A DNA stretch of 64,000 bases from Eledone cirrhosa (taxonomy: Eukaryota). Positions 12,108 through 26,749 of the stretch are shown here, piece by piece; the stretch's first letter is position 1; every line of letters starts with the position of its first letter. The position numbers were made by a program, and so were the translations under genes. The notes beneath the pieces were generated by a model. It saw nothing but the letters and a program-made list of their open reading frames with translations. It had not been told where the DNA came from and searched no databases. Where the stretch lies: assembly GCA_964016885.1 (NCBI GenBank), contig OZ024742.1, positions 169,384,001 through 169,448,000 on the forward strand, written 5' to 3'.

Positions 12108-12157
<50 letters not shown>

Positions 12158-12167
12158 TACACCCACA

Positions 12168-12232
<65 letters not shown>

Positions 12233-13443
12233 ATACATTTGCAGGAAGAATCATAGCAGCCGGAAGTGGAGTACTACAAGAAACATGTTCTAACACTTCA
12301 AGTAATTGATGATGACTATAATGATGATGATTATAAGGAGGACAATGAGGACCAGTGGTCATGAGATTGTGAGGTCATGTGCTGGTCAGATTAGATGACT
12401 TGACAACTAATCTGTCCAACAATGAATAGAGACATGATGGGAGGAAAAGGTGACAATACAGAGAGGTGGAAAATAGAGATATGGTGGGAGGATATGACAA
12501 TACAGAGACAAGGTAGGGGAGGTGGAAATACAGAAATATGGTGGGAGGAGGAGATAACCACTCCCGGTTCTATGATACAAAACAGTTTATTTTAAAGTGT
12601 TTATATTTATCTAAAAATAGTCCATAATTTTATGAAAGAACCTTTGTTAAGCTAAGCTCCAAATACCAGTTTAACATTGAACAAGTTGGTTATTTTCTAA
12701 ATTCTTGATTATTTTTAAATAATAGGTAGTGTCTTTCTAATGCAATGAAAGGGTTTAAAAAACATTAATCCTGTATATAACTCAATTTATCACATTACAT
12801 CAACAGCCTTGTATTAATTTAAAACTAGCAACCTTAAAACCAACATTAACCCTTTCATTACCATATTTCTAAAATCATTTTGAAAATAATCAAGAATTTA
12901 GAGAGATGTAATAATATAACAAAATTTCTCATTATTGGCAGAATCCATAGAGCGCTGAACACCCTGCTTCGCGGCATCGAGTTACGGTCTTTTACATTCT
13001 GAATTCAAATCCCGCCAAGGTTAGCTTTGCCTTTCATCCTTACAGAGTCGATAAAATAAAGCACCTGTAATGCACTGAGGTCGATTTAATCGACTGTCCG
13101 CCTCCCAAAAAATTGCCGGCCTTGTGTAGAAATTATTATTTAGTTCGTGTTTAGAGCATAACGTAAAAAAGGTTCTTCCATAAAGTTATAGTGGAAAATT
13201 TAAATATAACCCTTTCATTGTTATATTTCTAATAAAAGAAAATAATCAAGAAATTGAAAATAATCAAGAAATTGAAGAAATTGATTTTAGTAATATAACT
13301 AAATGTCTCATTATTTAGCTGGTGTCTGGAGCATAACAACTTAAATCTAAAGTTGTGTATGTGTGGATGTAGTGGCCAACAGTAACAGCAGAAACCAGTA
13401 AATGAAAGGTTGTCATGCCCACTTCTCGTTTGGAAGTTGTAGG

Positions 13444-13514
13444 ATGAACTGCACCTGTAATTCAATGAACTGCACCTGTAATTCAATGAACTGCACCTGT
13501 AATTCAATGAACTG
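13444..13514. repeat. 21-bp tandem repeat, about 3.4 copies
   Basis: ATGAACTGCACCTGTAATTCA repeated perfectly with no spacers. Confidence 0.9.
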
Positions 13515-13697
13515 GTTTATTTACACATGGTATAATGCTGAATCTCCCTGAGAATCACTTCAAGGGAACATGGGTCTGTGAAATGTTCAGCCACTTACAC
13601 ATAAATTTCACGAGAAGGCTGTTCTGTTGATCAATCAACTGAAATGCTCATCATCGAAATCAACAAAGGTCCATTCCACCAACCTACCTGGGTCAAA

Positions 13698-13737
<40 letters not shown>

Positions 13738-14814
13738 CGTTTCTGAATTTGTTTAGCAAGATTCTTTATCTGAAAACGTGTGTTGAAACCGATATTGTTA
13801 TACTTTGGGAGGGTCATGTTGCCTATAAGAAACACGCACCAGTTGCTTTCACTTCAATTTATTATAAATTAAATTTATAAATTTAGGAATTTATAAATTT
13901 CCGGTTGGTTGGTTGGTTCCACAACCAGACGATTGTTCATATATTGTCAAAGTTCTTTCGTCACACATTCTGTGAATTCTTCAGTGACTGGGGATTCTTT
14001 TCTTTGTTTTTGTGCCTCTCCTTTGTTCTGTCCTACGCCATCTTGTTTTTGTGGGTGTTGTGTGTTTAGTTTGCGCATGTGTTACATCCGGGTGTCTGTA
14101 TTTGTTTATTTATTTGTTTATTTACATGTTACTGGTTGGTTGTTTGTTCTATGTGTGTGTGTGTGTGTTTTCATTTTGATTGCAGAGGGGCAGCCAAGAA
14201 AACAAGATTTTTTCAGAACAACCTTGACACCAAGCAGGTGACAACCAGGTAAAATAAACTATAAAACACAAATCAGGTAAATGAATAGATTTACTGGTTA
14301 TATGTACATACTTCTGTACGTATACAGACATATAAGCATGCATACGTGCGTGCGTGTGTGTTTTTGAATCTCCGTTGGTTCCAACTAAAAGTGTCCCAGT
14401 TATTCGATTACAATACAACCAGCTCGTGAAATTATAGTGTTAAGTGGCTGAGCATTTCACATGTACATTTAACGTAATTCTCATGGTGATCCATTGTGAC
14501 ACAGTGGGTGACAAGACTGGCTTTTGGAATTACTCAAGGAACACAATTCACCACCAGGAATCAAAACACACAACCTAACAATAGTGAGCTAGATACCTAA
14601 GCCATGTGCCATCATGACAGATATACATACACACTCGCACACTTACAAACACAACAAAACAGAGACTGACTGACTACATAGATTTTGTGTGTAGCATCAG
14701 GTTTGATTCGTCACTCAACAACAGGTGTGTTACGGCATTATGTCATACTAGCCATGGATTAAAGATGAATCGACAATTACAATAACAACAACTATATAAG
14801 AAACAGCTTAATTG

Positions 14815-15180
14815 TGCTGGCCTTGGACTGTGCTACTTGTCTTGCCACCTGAATGCAGGTCACTTCGCTCGCCATACCAAGCTAAAGTTAATTATTTAGC
14901 AGGCTCTAGCTTGGGAAAAATATCCCCTCAATTCTGAAGCCGGTTGGAGTATCCAGAGTTGATGGGAAGAGACTAGATGGTATTACCCTTTGTCCCTAGG
15001 TAAGAAGTAGATGTCTTATTTGGGATGCCACAATCAGTGTCTCTTTTGTTCCTTCCCACATCCTGAATGCTGAGGAAAATGTGAGGGCCACTGCTTCCGT
15101 AACCGAACAGAATAAAATTCTAAAATACCAGGAATTATCAGCAAACAATTTTCCGAGTCTGTAGTATTCGAGACGCTTGT
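14815..15180 (+). mobile_element. CRE-clade non-LTR fragment (restriction-like endonuclease region)
   Basis: Peptides CHLNAGHFARH, RVDGKRLDGITLCP, CLIWDAT and TEQNKILKY. Homologous to 36200-36590. Confidence 0.75.
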
Positions 15181-16317
15181 AATATATATATAATTGTTTC
15201 TACTTTTGGCACAAGGCCAGCAAATATCCAGTACATTACTGGTACTTTATTTTATCGACCCCGTAATGATAAAAGGCAAAGTTAACCTCGGCTGGATTTG
15301 AACTCAAACCGTAAAGGGACGTAACTATGCTAGAAAGCATGGTGTCCAACTCTCTACCGATACTGCCAATGACTATGTAACTCATTCTTATTCCTCCAAA
15401 CGTAAAACTAAATACACTTCGTTATTGCAGCATCTTGTTTGTTCGTTTCATATGTGTGTGTGCAAAATGTAAACGGAAACAACAAAGCAAACAACATAAT
15501 AGAGTGAAGAAATGCTTGATATACATATACATATAGCGAGAAAGTCAACAAGAAAAAAAGCGACCTATACTTAATCAGAAATAATTTATTGTGAATCGTG
15601 TATATGATTCAAATACACACACATAATACATACATACATACAAATAAGTAAAGTGAGTACAACCTACATTTAAAACGACAAAAGTAGAGCAAAAACGCAA
15701 TCAATTAATGCTGAAGTTAATAACTATCGATCTGGCTGTCAGAACGGGGCATAGTCAGCTGTTAAGTATGTATGTAACTACTAAATAGAGATAGTGAGCT
15801 GGTTTCGAACCACGATCGTATTTTAGCCAAATTTCTGAGATCCATTCTCGTAATTTCACATCAGTAAGAGAAATTAATATTGACCCTAACCCATAACTTC
15901 TGATGGAGTCTTAGGGAGCCTTAGCGGCGTGTCTTCAGTACTTTCAACTCGGCGGGGTCAATCCCCCCCCCCCCAAAAAAAAAGTCTGAACACAGCTGAT
16001 TTCTTCCAGAGAAAGAGAGAGGGAGTGAAAATGAGGAAAATCGACCCTAGTACTGGACTAGTACCTTTTTTTTTTATCCACCCCGAAAAGATGAAAGGCA
16101 AAGTTAACTACAGCGGTATTTGAACTCGAAGAACGCAGGGAGCCGAAACGAATATCACAAAGCATTCTCTCCGAGAGAACAATGTAGGTTAGCCAAACAA
16201 ACAGCCACCAGACGAGCTGTCGCTGCGATAGTCAATCGATTCTTCATTGAAAACATTTCAGCAACAAAAAACTTCGAAAATATATGAAAGTCGCACGGTT
16301 TTTTATTTCACGTCTCA

Positions 16318-16351
<34 letters not shown>

Positions 16352-19300
16352 GTGTGTGTGGACACAGCATGGCCGAATTGTTAAGACGTTTGATTAGCAA
16401 GGTTCGATCCCTTGGCGTGGCTTCTTGGGCAAGTATCATTTACCATAGCTTTGGGTCGACTCATGCCTTGAGTGAAAATGGATAGATGGAAACTGTTTGG
16501 AAACGCGCCAGATGGTTTATACCTGTAATATAAAGGGCCAGTCTTGTCACACACTATAACACTTAATCACGTTGGCGTTAATTCTGACGTTAATTTCACG
16601 AACAGGCTGTTCTGTTGGTGGAACACTCATCGTCGAAACCGACAAAGGTCCATTCGTATGTGTGTGCAAAGTAATAGGTCTAGACCAGATGTGAAATGTA
16701 AGCCTCATTTCAAACAGTATATTAAATTTTAAACACATTAGTTACATTTTGGTATGGGCTACATGTAATCAACTCTAGAAAGTGTTTTCAAAATGATCTG
16801 TCCACTACTAAAGATACTATAAATATTTGAATTAACAAACTACATTAGCAAAACATTCTTGCAAAGTACAAAACAACACTGTGACTACATCGGATTAAAT
16901 AATGAAGTCTTTATTTTAGTTTACCGCAAATGTTCCCAACGATCTGAACACTAGTAATAATACTATAAACACCTGAATTAACAAACATGTTCTGTTAAAT
17001 CAGGATGTTAAGTGCTAATGCCTGATATCATTTATATTCTTCCACCAATCTTGGCTCTCTAGGTCTCGGACCGATCTATCTACTTATAGGCCCTAGGAGG
17101 TGGCAAGCAATCGACTAGTTCCGAGCTAGCAGGGGTGATTGTAGGAGCGATAGAAAAAGGATAGAGTGAGGAATCAATACAACAAAAGGCTAGAAGTTGA
17201 AATATATTTGGTGGGCGACACACGCCAATCGTATTGACTGTTATTGTTTACTTTTGTTATTCAAAAACAAAATAGCTCAACGCAGTGTGTAGCTTGATCG
17301 ATGTTTGTCAAGTGTTAGCTTAAGAGATGTTTGCAAAACATTACCCAGTTTGCCTGATATATAATCACCGCCTGAGAACCCCCTTCCCCCTCACACACAC
17401 CGAAATCACTGGGAGGGGACCTCTCTGCAATCACTTTACCTGTGCTAGAAATAAAAGCTACAACTCCCATAAACGCTACTGTGTTAAAGAAATGGAAAGA
17501 CACGTTAGATAGTGTGGTCCTAGATGCCACGAAAATGGAGGGACGATTAACGGTTTGAATGGATTTAATCATAAACCATACGTCTGTTTGACCAAAGCTG
17601 AACTGAATTCTTGATTTTACCGGCGTAAAGTTTCCAGTGTCACGTTTCCAAATTCTTTGTTTTACTTTTGTCATGATTATGACCCCAGTATGCTTTCAGA
17701 TGTGTAAAGAGAGTATTTTGTGTGTGTATGTGTGTGTATGCGGCACAATAATTATCAATTTCCTGATTCAATTAAATTATTAACTATTCACTCTCATTTA
17801 TGGGCCAAACCGCTTCGTGATGCCAGCATACAGAATAGAGAAGACATTGCCCCGGAGGATGACGAGAGAGATACGCTGGAAATCAATCCAACATGCAGGG
17901 CTCGCACCTGTAAGTAGCCAACTCCGCCAAAACACGAGAAATCTCCACTACTACAGGTTCGACCACAAAACTATCAGAGAGCGGTCGATATTTCGACAGT
18001 TTGCCTTCTTCGACCTGACGAATAGTGAAACTTGCTCAATCAGAGTTCACCGAAGGTTAAATAACAACATGCCACATAATATAATTAAAAGGGCAAGATT
18101 AATGCTGATTTGCGTAGGCAAAAATTAAATTTATTAGTTAAGCCGTTGTGAGGAACCGTTTCCAAACTTCACACCACAACAGCAAACCAACTTAGGCTAT
18201 TTAACTTTTATATTGTCATACTTTGGGAGGGGATGTCACAGCTCCGATATTATAGGCATGTGGTTAGAATGTCTCAGGAAAGAATCGCTGGTCAGATTTT
18301 ACGGGCACAACCACCCGGCAGGAGACCCAGGGGTAGAACCCAAGCAAGATGACTGAATAACATCCATGAGCTTAGTTGGTCTCGCATGGGGATCCAGCCA
18401 GATCAGTTGGAGACGGTTGCTTCTGACAGGACCCGTTGGAAAGAGTGTTTGAGGACTCTCAGGAATAAGTGGGTCGATAAAATAATGTACCAGTATAAAC
18501 TCGGGTCGATTTAATCGACTTTCCCATTCCCAAAACTTGCTGGTCTTGTGCCTATAGTAGAAATCATTATTAGTAACTAAGGGCGGGGAGTTGGCAGAAT
18601 TGGTTAGAGGGTCAGACAAAATGCTTTGCAGCATTTAATTATGGCCTGTTATGGTCTAAGTTCAAATCTTGCCAAAGTCAACTTTGTTTTTCGTCGTTTC
18701 GGATTTAATAAATAAAGTATCAATCACGTACAGGGGTCGATGTAAACGACTTTCTCACAAATTGTTGGCTTTGTGCTTAAATTAGAAATCATAACTGTAT
18801 GGTTATTTAATTGTCAAAGCTCTTTTGTCACACATCCTCATTACACAGACAGCAGAAAAACAAGATAGTAACTAGGAAACACAGACAACCAAAATAGTTA
18901 TTGATAAGGTCACAACCAACCGAGGAGTGGATTAGTTACTTGACAAATAATAAAACCTTGTGCTTGTGTTTTTATTGGCAGTATAATATTTGTTTCAACA
19001 CACCAAGAATCTTGCAAAGCAAATACAAAAACGATTTACTTAATAACTCACATATATTATTTAATGTCTTTCGTGAGCCTAGATGCTTCTCGAGCAGGGG
19101 TTTCATCTGGTTTGATGTGATACTAAGCGACTGAGAATACAACCCTCAACTAGTACTGTTTTCAGCTGAGTGAACTGGAACAACATAATATGAATCAATT
19201 ATCTTACTTAACCGGTTTCAGAATCGAACAACGACCATATGTTCGTGAGCACAACACGTTAAACACTAGGCCACATGCCTTCACATATTTATTACATGGC

Positions 19301-19446
19301 CAATAATTGTATCACAAATACTAGATTTTTCTTTTAGAGTCAGAAAACACTCGAGTCCTGATCAGTTGACGAAGCTCAATTATGGCGCACATTGGAATTT
19401 ATTTGCTCATAAATCTGAACAAGGCTATACACACAACCATCCGCGA

Positions 19447-19605
19447 CAGAGCTGGATTAACCATTAAACAAAATAAACACATGCTTAGGGCATCAAGGGG
19501 AGAAAGGCACCATTATATTCAAATTAAATGTATTTATCATGAAAAAAAAAAAAAACTATAAAAGGGCGCGGCATCGTAATCTCAAAACGGCTTAATCCGG
19601 CCCAG
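19447..19605. mobile_element. Possible hAT-type MITE
   Basis: Imperfect 14-bp TIRs CAGAGCTGGATTAA / TTAATCCGGCCCAG. No TSD seen. Confidence 0.4.
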
Positions 19606-20182
19606 TGTTACCGCTACACTCACAACCATCTTAGACCTCATCCAAAAGACCATTCTGTTGAATATAGATTCCCTCAACCACATGCTAAACAACCACTTGT
19701 TCAAAGACATGTTGTAAAGGAGTGGTTATAATTTCTAGCTCTACTACAACGTCTTCTATTTATCTCTACTACCGAACTACATACATAGCAACTTACTTTT
19801 AAGTTTACCTGGTGTACCTTTATTATCCCTATCGCCCCACCCTAACATCCTGCACTTAGCCCCCTTTTTCCAGTCATTCTCCCATAGATCTTAAACATGT
19901 GTGCAATATATATATATATATCTCGTTGGCTTGGCTACAGCCGAAGCTTCGATTTTACTAAACTCCCATATATATATATATATAAGTGGAAGCTTAGTAA
20001 AATCGAAGCTTTATATTATAATAAGCAAAATAAACACATACTTAGGTCCTCTAAAGGTCTTAATTTGGCCATGTAATATATTCATATATATATATAGAGC
20101 GAGAGAGAGAGAGAGAGAGAGATATGTTGATTTAAAACTTCAGTATTCACAAGTGTTTTTTAACCTTCATATCATGTATCCC

Positions 20183-20253
20183 TATTTTATCTGATGAAAA
20201 CGCAGATATCATCTCATGATGATATTTGTTTATGAAATGCGCATAATAAAATA
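20183..20253 (+). ncRNA. Type I hammerhead ribozyme motif (minimal, palindromic stem III)
   Basis: Stem I TATTTTAT/ATAAAATA; CTGATGA at 20191; stem II CAGATATCATC/GATGATATTTG; GAAA at 20234; TGCGCA; cleavage triplet ATA. Confidence 0.75.
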
Positions 20254-20283
20254 CTTGGAACTCTTTTAACCATCTTTTGATCT

Positions 20284-20330
<47 letters not shown>

Positions 20331-20790
20331 TACACAGTGTGTGTGTTCAAAATATATAAGAAACCTGCTTTGTTTTTAGTGTTTCTCTAAGTACAAAACT
20401 GTCTTAACTCTAGAAACACAAAAGAAGAAAAATTAAATTGTCTAAATATAATTAGATGCGAAATCAAATATATATATATATATATATATATTAACCGCAA
20501 AATCATTAGATCAATAGGCAATATCATTAAATCAATACACAATATGATTAGATCCATACACTATATCCAGTTACAAATCATAATTCATAAATTAAAAAAA
20601 GAGTATTTTTAGCGTGTGTATGAAAACGGGTTTGTTTATACATCAAATACAATTATAAAATCAGTAAAATATGATTACTTACCATGGTATTTTAAAGAAT
20701 AATTGTTTGAAGAGATAAGGGTAAAGTCACAACGCTTATTCGTCCACCTGTATGAATATTGTATGTATGTATGTGTATATGTGAATGTAA

Positions 20791-20880
<90 letters not shown>

Positions 20881-21425
20881 ATATATATGGGTGTGTTTTC
20901 GTGACGAAGCGGGGGTGGGAAGTCAAAATAGGATGGAAAGTATACACATAAACATACACGAGTATGTGTGTATATATTTATGTATATAAATATATAAATG
21001 GATAGACGTTGAGATCAAATAGTATATAGACATACAGTGAAAGCAAAGATGCATATACACGCATATGTGTATATACTATACATATGTGTATTGGCGCTTC
21101 AATTTGTTTTCTACTTGAAATATATACATGTCTACGGACATATATATGTGTGTGCGTGTTTGTATATAATTGTTATTTGTTTCAAATATGTATATAGGTG
21201 TGTTCAAGTGGTCGTCTATATGATATAATATGCGTGTGTATGTGGTGAGCCGTTGAGTTAAGCTCCCAAACAGACACACGCACCGTCAACTAATGCTACT
21301 AGCGCTACTAGTTGGACTAAAAGCTTTTCTGTACTAACCAGAAGTGAATCCTACACTCTGTATCTTTCTTTTCTCTCCCTATCTTTCTCTATGCTCCTCT
21401 CTAACTAACAATGTAACACACACAC

Positions 21426-21460
<35 letters not shown>

Positions 21461-22784
21461 ATTATGTTTGTGTGTATATATATATATACCGGTTTCTCTT
21501 ATCTTCCTTTCCCTTACATTTTATTCTCTCTTTCTCCCTCTCCCTTTTTCTCTTTCTTTTCTTGCTCTTTCTTTCTTTGCTCTCTCTCCCTCTCGCTTTC
21601 ACTCTTCATGTTATATCTTTTTTCGTTCACTTCCCAACCTCTCCCTACTTACACTTTCTCTATATTCTGCTCCCCTCTCTCTCTCTTACAGTTATATTTT
21701 CTATCCTCATTCATTCTCTTACAATATCTTTCTCTTCCCTAGTTCCTTCCTTTCTCCTTTGCTCCACTCACTTCAATTTATCTGGAGCACTGGATCTATT
21801 GCTCATACATAATCGTTCCAACTAAACAACAATAACAAATTCTTCTCTATTTTTCTGTCTATCCTTTTTATCTCTTCTTTCGCCATAATTCTCCCTCTCT
21901 TAATTCTCGTACTCGTTTTTTTTTTTATGGTCGAATTAATTCTCTCTTCTTCACACACACACATATATATAACGATGAAGTTTCGTTTACATATAATAAT
22001 GTTTTTTTGTGTAACGATCTGTTACTCGCGTTTCGCAGATGATTGGCTCAGATTCACCCATGGAAGTTATAGATACGATTCCAGACTGGTAATTCAACAC
22101 TCTGTTGTTACGTACGCTTTGCCTGTGCATCGAATGCTCATACTTAAATGAAAAAAGATCAGATTTTAATATATTCCTTTCATCTCCTTATAATATATAA
22201 CCAGCAATTTCTCTGTCTGTCTGTCCGACAGTGGAAACACGTGCGCGCGTGGTTGCTATCTCTCTCTCTCTCCAGCTATCCCTCTCTTTTAGTCTGTCTG
22301 TTTCTCTCACTCTCACTCTTTCTCTTTGTAACACACTAACATTCCTCCCCTCTATCGCTGTGACGAATGGGGAGATGGAGGAGGAGAGAGTCACTTCGTC
22401 ACTTCACCTCTGCCTTTCTTTCTCTCCCCTCTCACTCCCTCATTACGTACAGACATAGGGCGGTGGATTGGCAGAATCTGTAGAGAGTCGGACACCATGC
22501 TTCATAGCATGGAGTTACGTCCCTTTACGGTCTGAGTTCAAATACCGCCGAGGTTTACTTTGCCTTTCATCCTCACGGGGTCGATAAAATAATGTACTGG
22601 TTAATTGCTGGCCTTGTGCCAAAAGTAGAAACAATTATTAGAAACATTGCTTCATTTTTACATATCTAACCATTAGTAAAATAACTAATAATTTCAAAAG
22701 TAATTTTTCAATTCCAATTGTTATGAACAGCAAAACATTAATAATAATTTTGTTCTAAGAAATATATATACATTTCTGTGTGTG

Positions 22785-22835
<51 letters not shown>

Positions 22836-23384
22836 GAAATATATGGGTATTTCTCTGTTTGTCTGTCTGTCTGTCTGTCTTTCCCTAAAACTCAATTGTA
22901 GGTACTACAGAAATATTACCTTCCCCTTCCTTTCTCCACTTTGGTACTACCAAGAGAAACACTGTCGCTATAGAAACATTACCTTCCCCTCTCCACTGAC
23001 TTTGGTCACTGAGGCTTAGGGAATCGCTGGTTGCTATAGAGACACCTTGCACAAGCCAGAAGTAACCAGTTCGAGGCGGTTCTGACTTGACACCATGCCA
23101 AGGACCATTTGAAGATATATTTCCATCGTTATATCATAACGTTTATGTATCATAACGTTTATATTTCCGTCACTAATCTCTTTTTCTCCTTTTTCGTTTT
23201 AACATATATTTATTCCAAAGATTTCACCGTATAGATAACATATATATTTATACATGCATAAAAGACACACCGAGAGACGGTGAACATGTGGTGCCGAAAA
23301 CATTTCTCATCCAAATCTCAACAATATCAGTATATACACTAGATTTGCTAGCAGAAAACCGCCCACCGGGTGGTTTTCTGCTAG

Positions 23385-26300
23385 TCCCTATATATATATA
23401 AAACGGAAGATGTCTGTCTGTGTGTGTGTATGATTTTTATGCATTTCCACATTTCTCTACCGATTTTGATGATTTTTTTTCCAAAGTGCTCCAAATTTAC
23501 GAAGGATGGTCAACGTGTAATAAACTTTGCCAAAAATGTCCTGCTTCTATGAAAAAAAATCGATAAAACTAAATACATGCTGTAACCCTCTCTCTTACAC
23601 GCTTATTCACTCAGTTTACTACCATCAACAATCTATGAAACTACATACTTGTTGCAACTCTCTTTAAAAGGTTAATTCCTCCCTCTATTCCACTCAATCT
23701 CCTCTGCAACTCTCTTTAAAAGGTTCATTCCTCCCTCTACTCCCCCCCCCCTCAATCTCCTCTGCAACTCTCTTTAAAAGGTTACTGCCTCCGTCTACTA
23801 CCCTATCACCATTACAATTTACAACAGCGGCAAAACTTCTTTTCAAGGAACGTGACACAAACTTTGAAAACTAACCAACACATCAATTTATACAACAAAC
23901 ATAGTTTTACTCTCTCCGTCGCTCTTCCCTCTCTCTAAAATAGATTATTCCCCCTCTCTATAATTTAACTGCTTTACTCTCTTCATGCTTCGAGGTTTAA
24001 CACACCTCCTTATGGTTTCTTAGCTTTACTCTCTCTGTCGCTCTTCCTTCTCTCTATAATAGATCATTCCTCCTCTTCATTCAGGAACGCGAATCTCTCA
24101 ACGTTACATTTTACACACTAACATTTTACATCAAATAACAAATATTCAAAAGCAACAGATGAATTTATAAAACAACAAACGTAATCATAACAATGCTTAA
24201 GCATTCATTTACTTGAATCTCAACAAAGACATTATATTTTATTGTTGTCCTTTTTGTAATTTTTTTTCTTTGTTTTTCGCAATATGAGACAAAAAAATAA
24301 TAAGAAAACTTTTTTCAGGAACCTCCGATTTCGATGATTTATTTTCCAGTATGCTCCAAAATATCGCCCCTGTTTACGTTCTTTTGTGTTATAACTCAGA
24401 CGGGCTTGGCTTACAGGTTTGACCTATTATTTAAACAGTTGGCGGTGCACCTTGAAAACAGTCAAAGAGTCTACTTCACCACCTCCACCGCTGCTGAGAT
24501 AGCAGAGGAACCCAAGGACACCACACTTACGGTATTTTTTTAAGTTATGCCGAAATTATCCCTTCGCCAAGACACTCTTCTACTCTCAGGTGCCATCATA
24601 CTACACATGGAACACAGACAACAGAATTTGGTTAAGAAGGGTGAAAGGACAACCCGTCGAGAGACATACAGACATTAAAATGTCCCCTACCCTTGGGAGA
24701 GTGTACACCATTCATCCTAACCAACAGGAATGCTTTTATCTCCGCCTTCTACTGCATGAGGTGATAGGAGCGACATCTTTTGACGATCTGAAAACAATCA
24801 ACGGAGAGGTTTGTACTCCATTCCGCGCAGCCTGCCTTAGACGGGGTCTACTGGAAGATGGCGCTCAGTGGGATGCAACATTGGCGGAGGCAGATACAAT
24901 ATGCTCAGCGAGAAGAGAAGTCTTCGGCAACTCTTTGCGGTGCTACTGCAGACATGCGAGTTAAGCGACCCTGTATCCTTATGGGACAAATACGAAGAGG
25001 ACCTTTCCGATGACTACATACACCAAGGACAACTACTACTCCCTCATTCCGACGTACGACTCAGTGACGAATTCTTCAACAAAGCTCTCATTGACATCGA
25101 GGACAAAATCCAAACTACCGGCGGAAATGACCTTCCATTCTATGGACTGCCAAAATTTAGCAAATGGGCTCGGACAAACTTCCAACAGGCATAATTCAGA
25201 AAACTGCCTACGACGTCAACGCCCTCGAACTGTTCATCAATGAAAATGAGCCGAAATTGTTGCAGGACCAACGGTGGCCCACCAAAGTGCGACAGCAAAA
25301 AGGAATCGCCCTGGCTGTGGCTTCTTCTGGGATTGCCGCAACTCTGCTGCCCAGAGGTTGGACATCTCATTCCGCATTTAAACTACCATTCAACACGACT
25401 TCAGACGACATAATAACCTGCAACATCACCAAGGACTCTGACAAAGCGGAACTCTTGAAAAGATGCCACCTAATTGTGTGGAACGAATGCACAATGGCCC
25501 ATAAAGGGTCCCTTGAGGCGTTAGACAGGACCCTACGAGACATCAGGGAATGCAACCAGCCGATGGGAGGAGTACCTCTACTGCTGTCTGGCGATTTTTG
25601 ACAAACTTTTCCAGTTGTTCCAAAAGCCACCACGGCTGACACTGTGGGGGCTTGCATTAAGTCATCTCCCATGTGGCAGGAAGTGACAATTCTGACACTG
25701 ACAACAAACATGAGAGCCCAACTGCTTGGCGACCACTCATCAGCCGACTTCTCAAAGGACCTCTTAACAGTTGGTGACGGTACTGCATCTTCAGATGCAG
25801 CTAGAGAAATGGCAGTCTCGCAAGTAGGCACCGTTGTCGACACTGTTGACGACCTCACAGCCTCTGTCTTTCCCGATATGGCCATCAACTACAAAAACAC
25901 GAGTTAGCTGCGTGATAGAGCCATATTGGCTCCCAAAAATGTCTCCGTTGCAAAAATCAATGAGGACCTTCTGCAATGCATTCCTGGAAACCTCCATACC
26001 TACAAATCTGTGGACAAAGTTGTGGACAAAGATGAGGTTGCCGATTTTCCCACAGAATTCCTCAATTCCTTGGACCTCTCTGGACTGCCACCTCATGAAC
26101 TGCGCGTAAAAGTTGGACTCCAGTGATGCTGTTGAGGAACCTGGAACTACTACGTCTCTGCAACGGAACACGGTTAGTGGTAAGAAACCTCCTGCCGCAT
26201 GTAATTGAAGCCCCAATTCTCACGAGCTGCGGCGCTGGAGAAAATGTCTTCATACCCAGAATACCATTAACTCCATCAGGTACGCCCCTGTACTCTGCGC

Positions 26301-26693
26301 CGACTTCAATTCCCCGTTAAACTTTGCTTCGCGATGTCAATCAACAAGTCCCACGGCCAAACGCTATCAAAGGCAGGCATCCATTTAGCCCAGCCGTGCT
26401 TCTCACATGGCCAATTATACGTCGCATGCTCAAAAGTGGATGCAAGCAGAAATTATTCAAACTTGCGCCCAAAGGCAGAACAAAAAATGTGGTCTACAGA
26501 GAGGTGTTGTGACTCCTCTATTCAGCACCACTGCAGTCTTGCCGGTCTGACATATGGTGAGTAGATGCTATTGTTGTATATTTTCAAACTTACCCGTATT
26601 TACTTTCAATGCCTCAATAATCATAATTGAGTGGAATCATTAAAAGTACTTTAAAACAATTAAACTCCGAGCAACGCTGGGCACTTCTGCTAG
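23385..26693 (+). mobile_element. Defective Helitron with a RepHel pseudo-ORF (about 24430-26512)
   Basis: 5' TC at 23385; 3' hairpin CCGAGCAACGCTGG followed by CTAG|T at 26690-93. Motifs LGRVYTIHP, ECFYLRLLL, AVASSGIAATLL, LCNGTRL, MSINKS and FSHGQLYVA. Stops, frameshifts, and a deleted Walker A region. Confidence 0.93.
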
Positions 26694-26749
26694 TATTGTA
26701 ATAAAATACGTATATCTATGACCGGCTTACGTCATCAGATCATGATGTT

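Noticed and set aside
13444-13514. CRISPR-like array
   Set aside because: Contiguous 21-bp units with no spacers, no cas genes, and a eukaryotic context.
22039-22088. Plus-strand exon MIGSDSPMEVIDTIPD
   Set aside because: The AG/GT boundaries are plausible, but there are no partner exons or homology. It could be chance.
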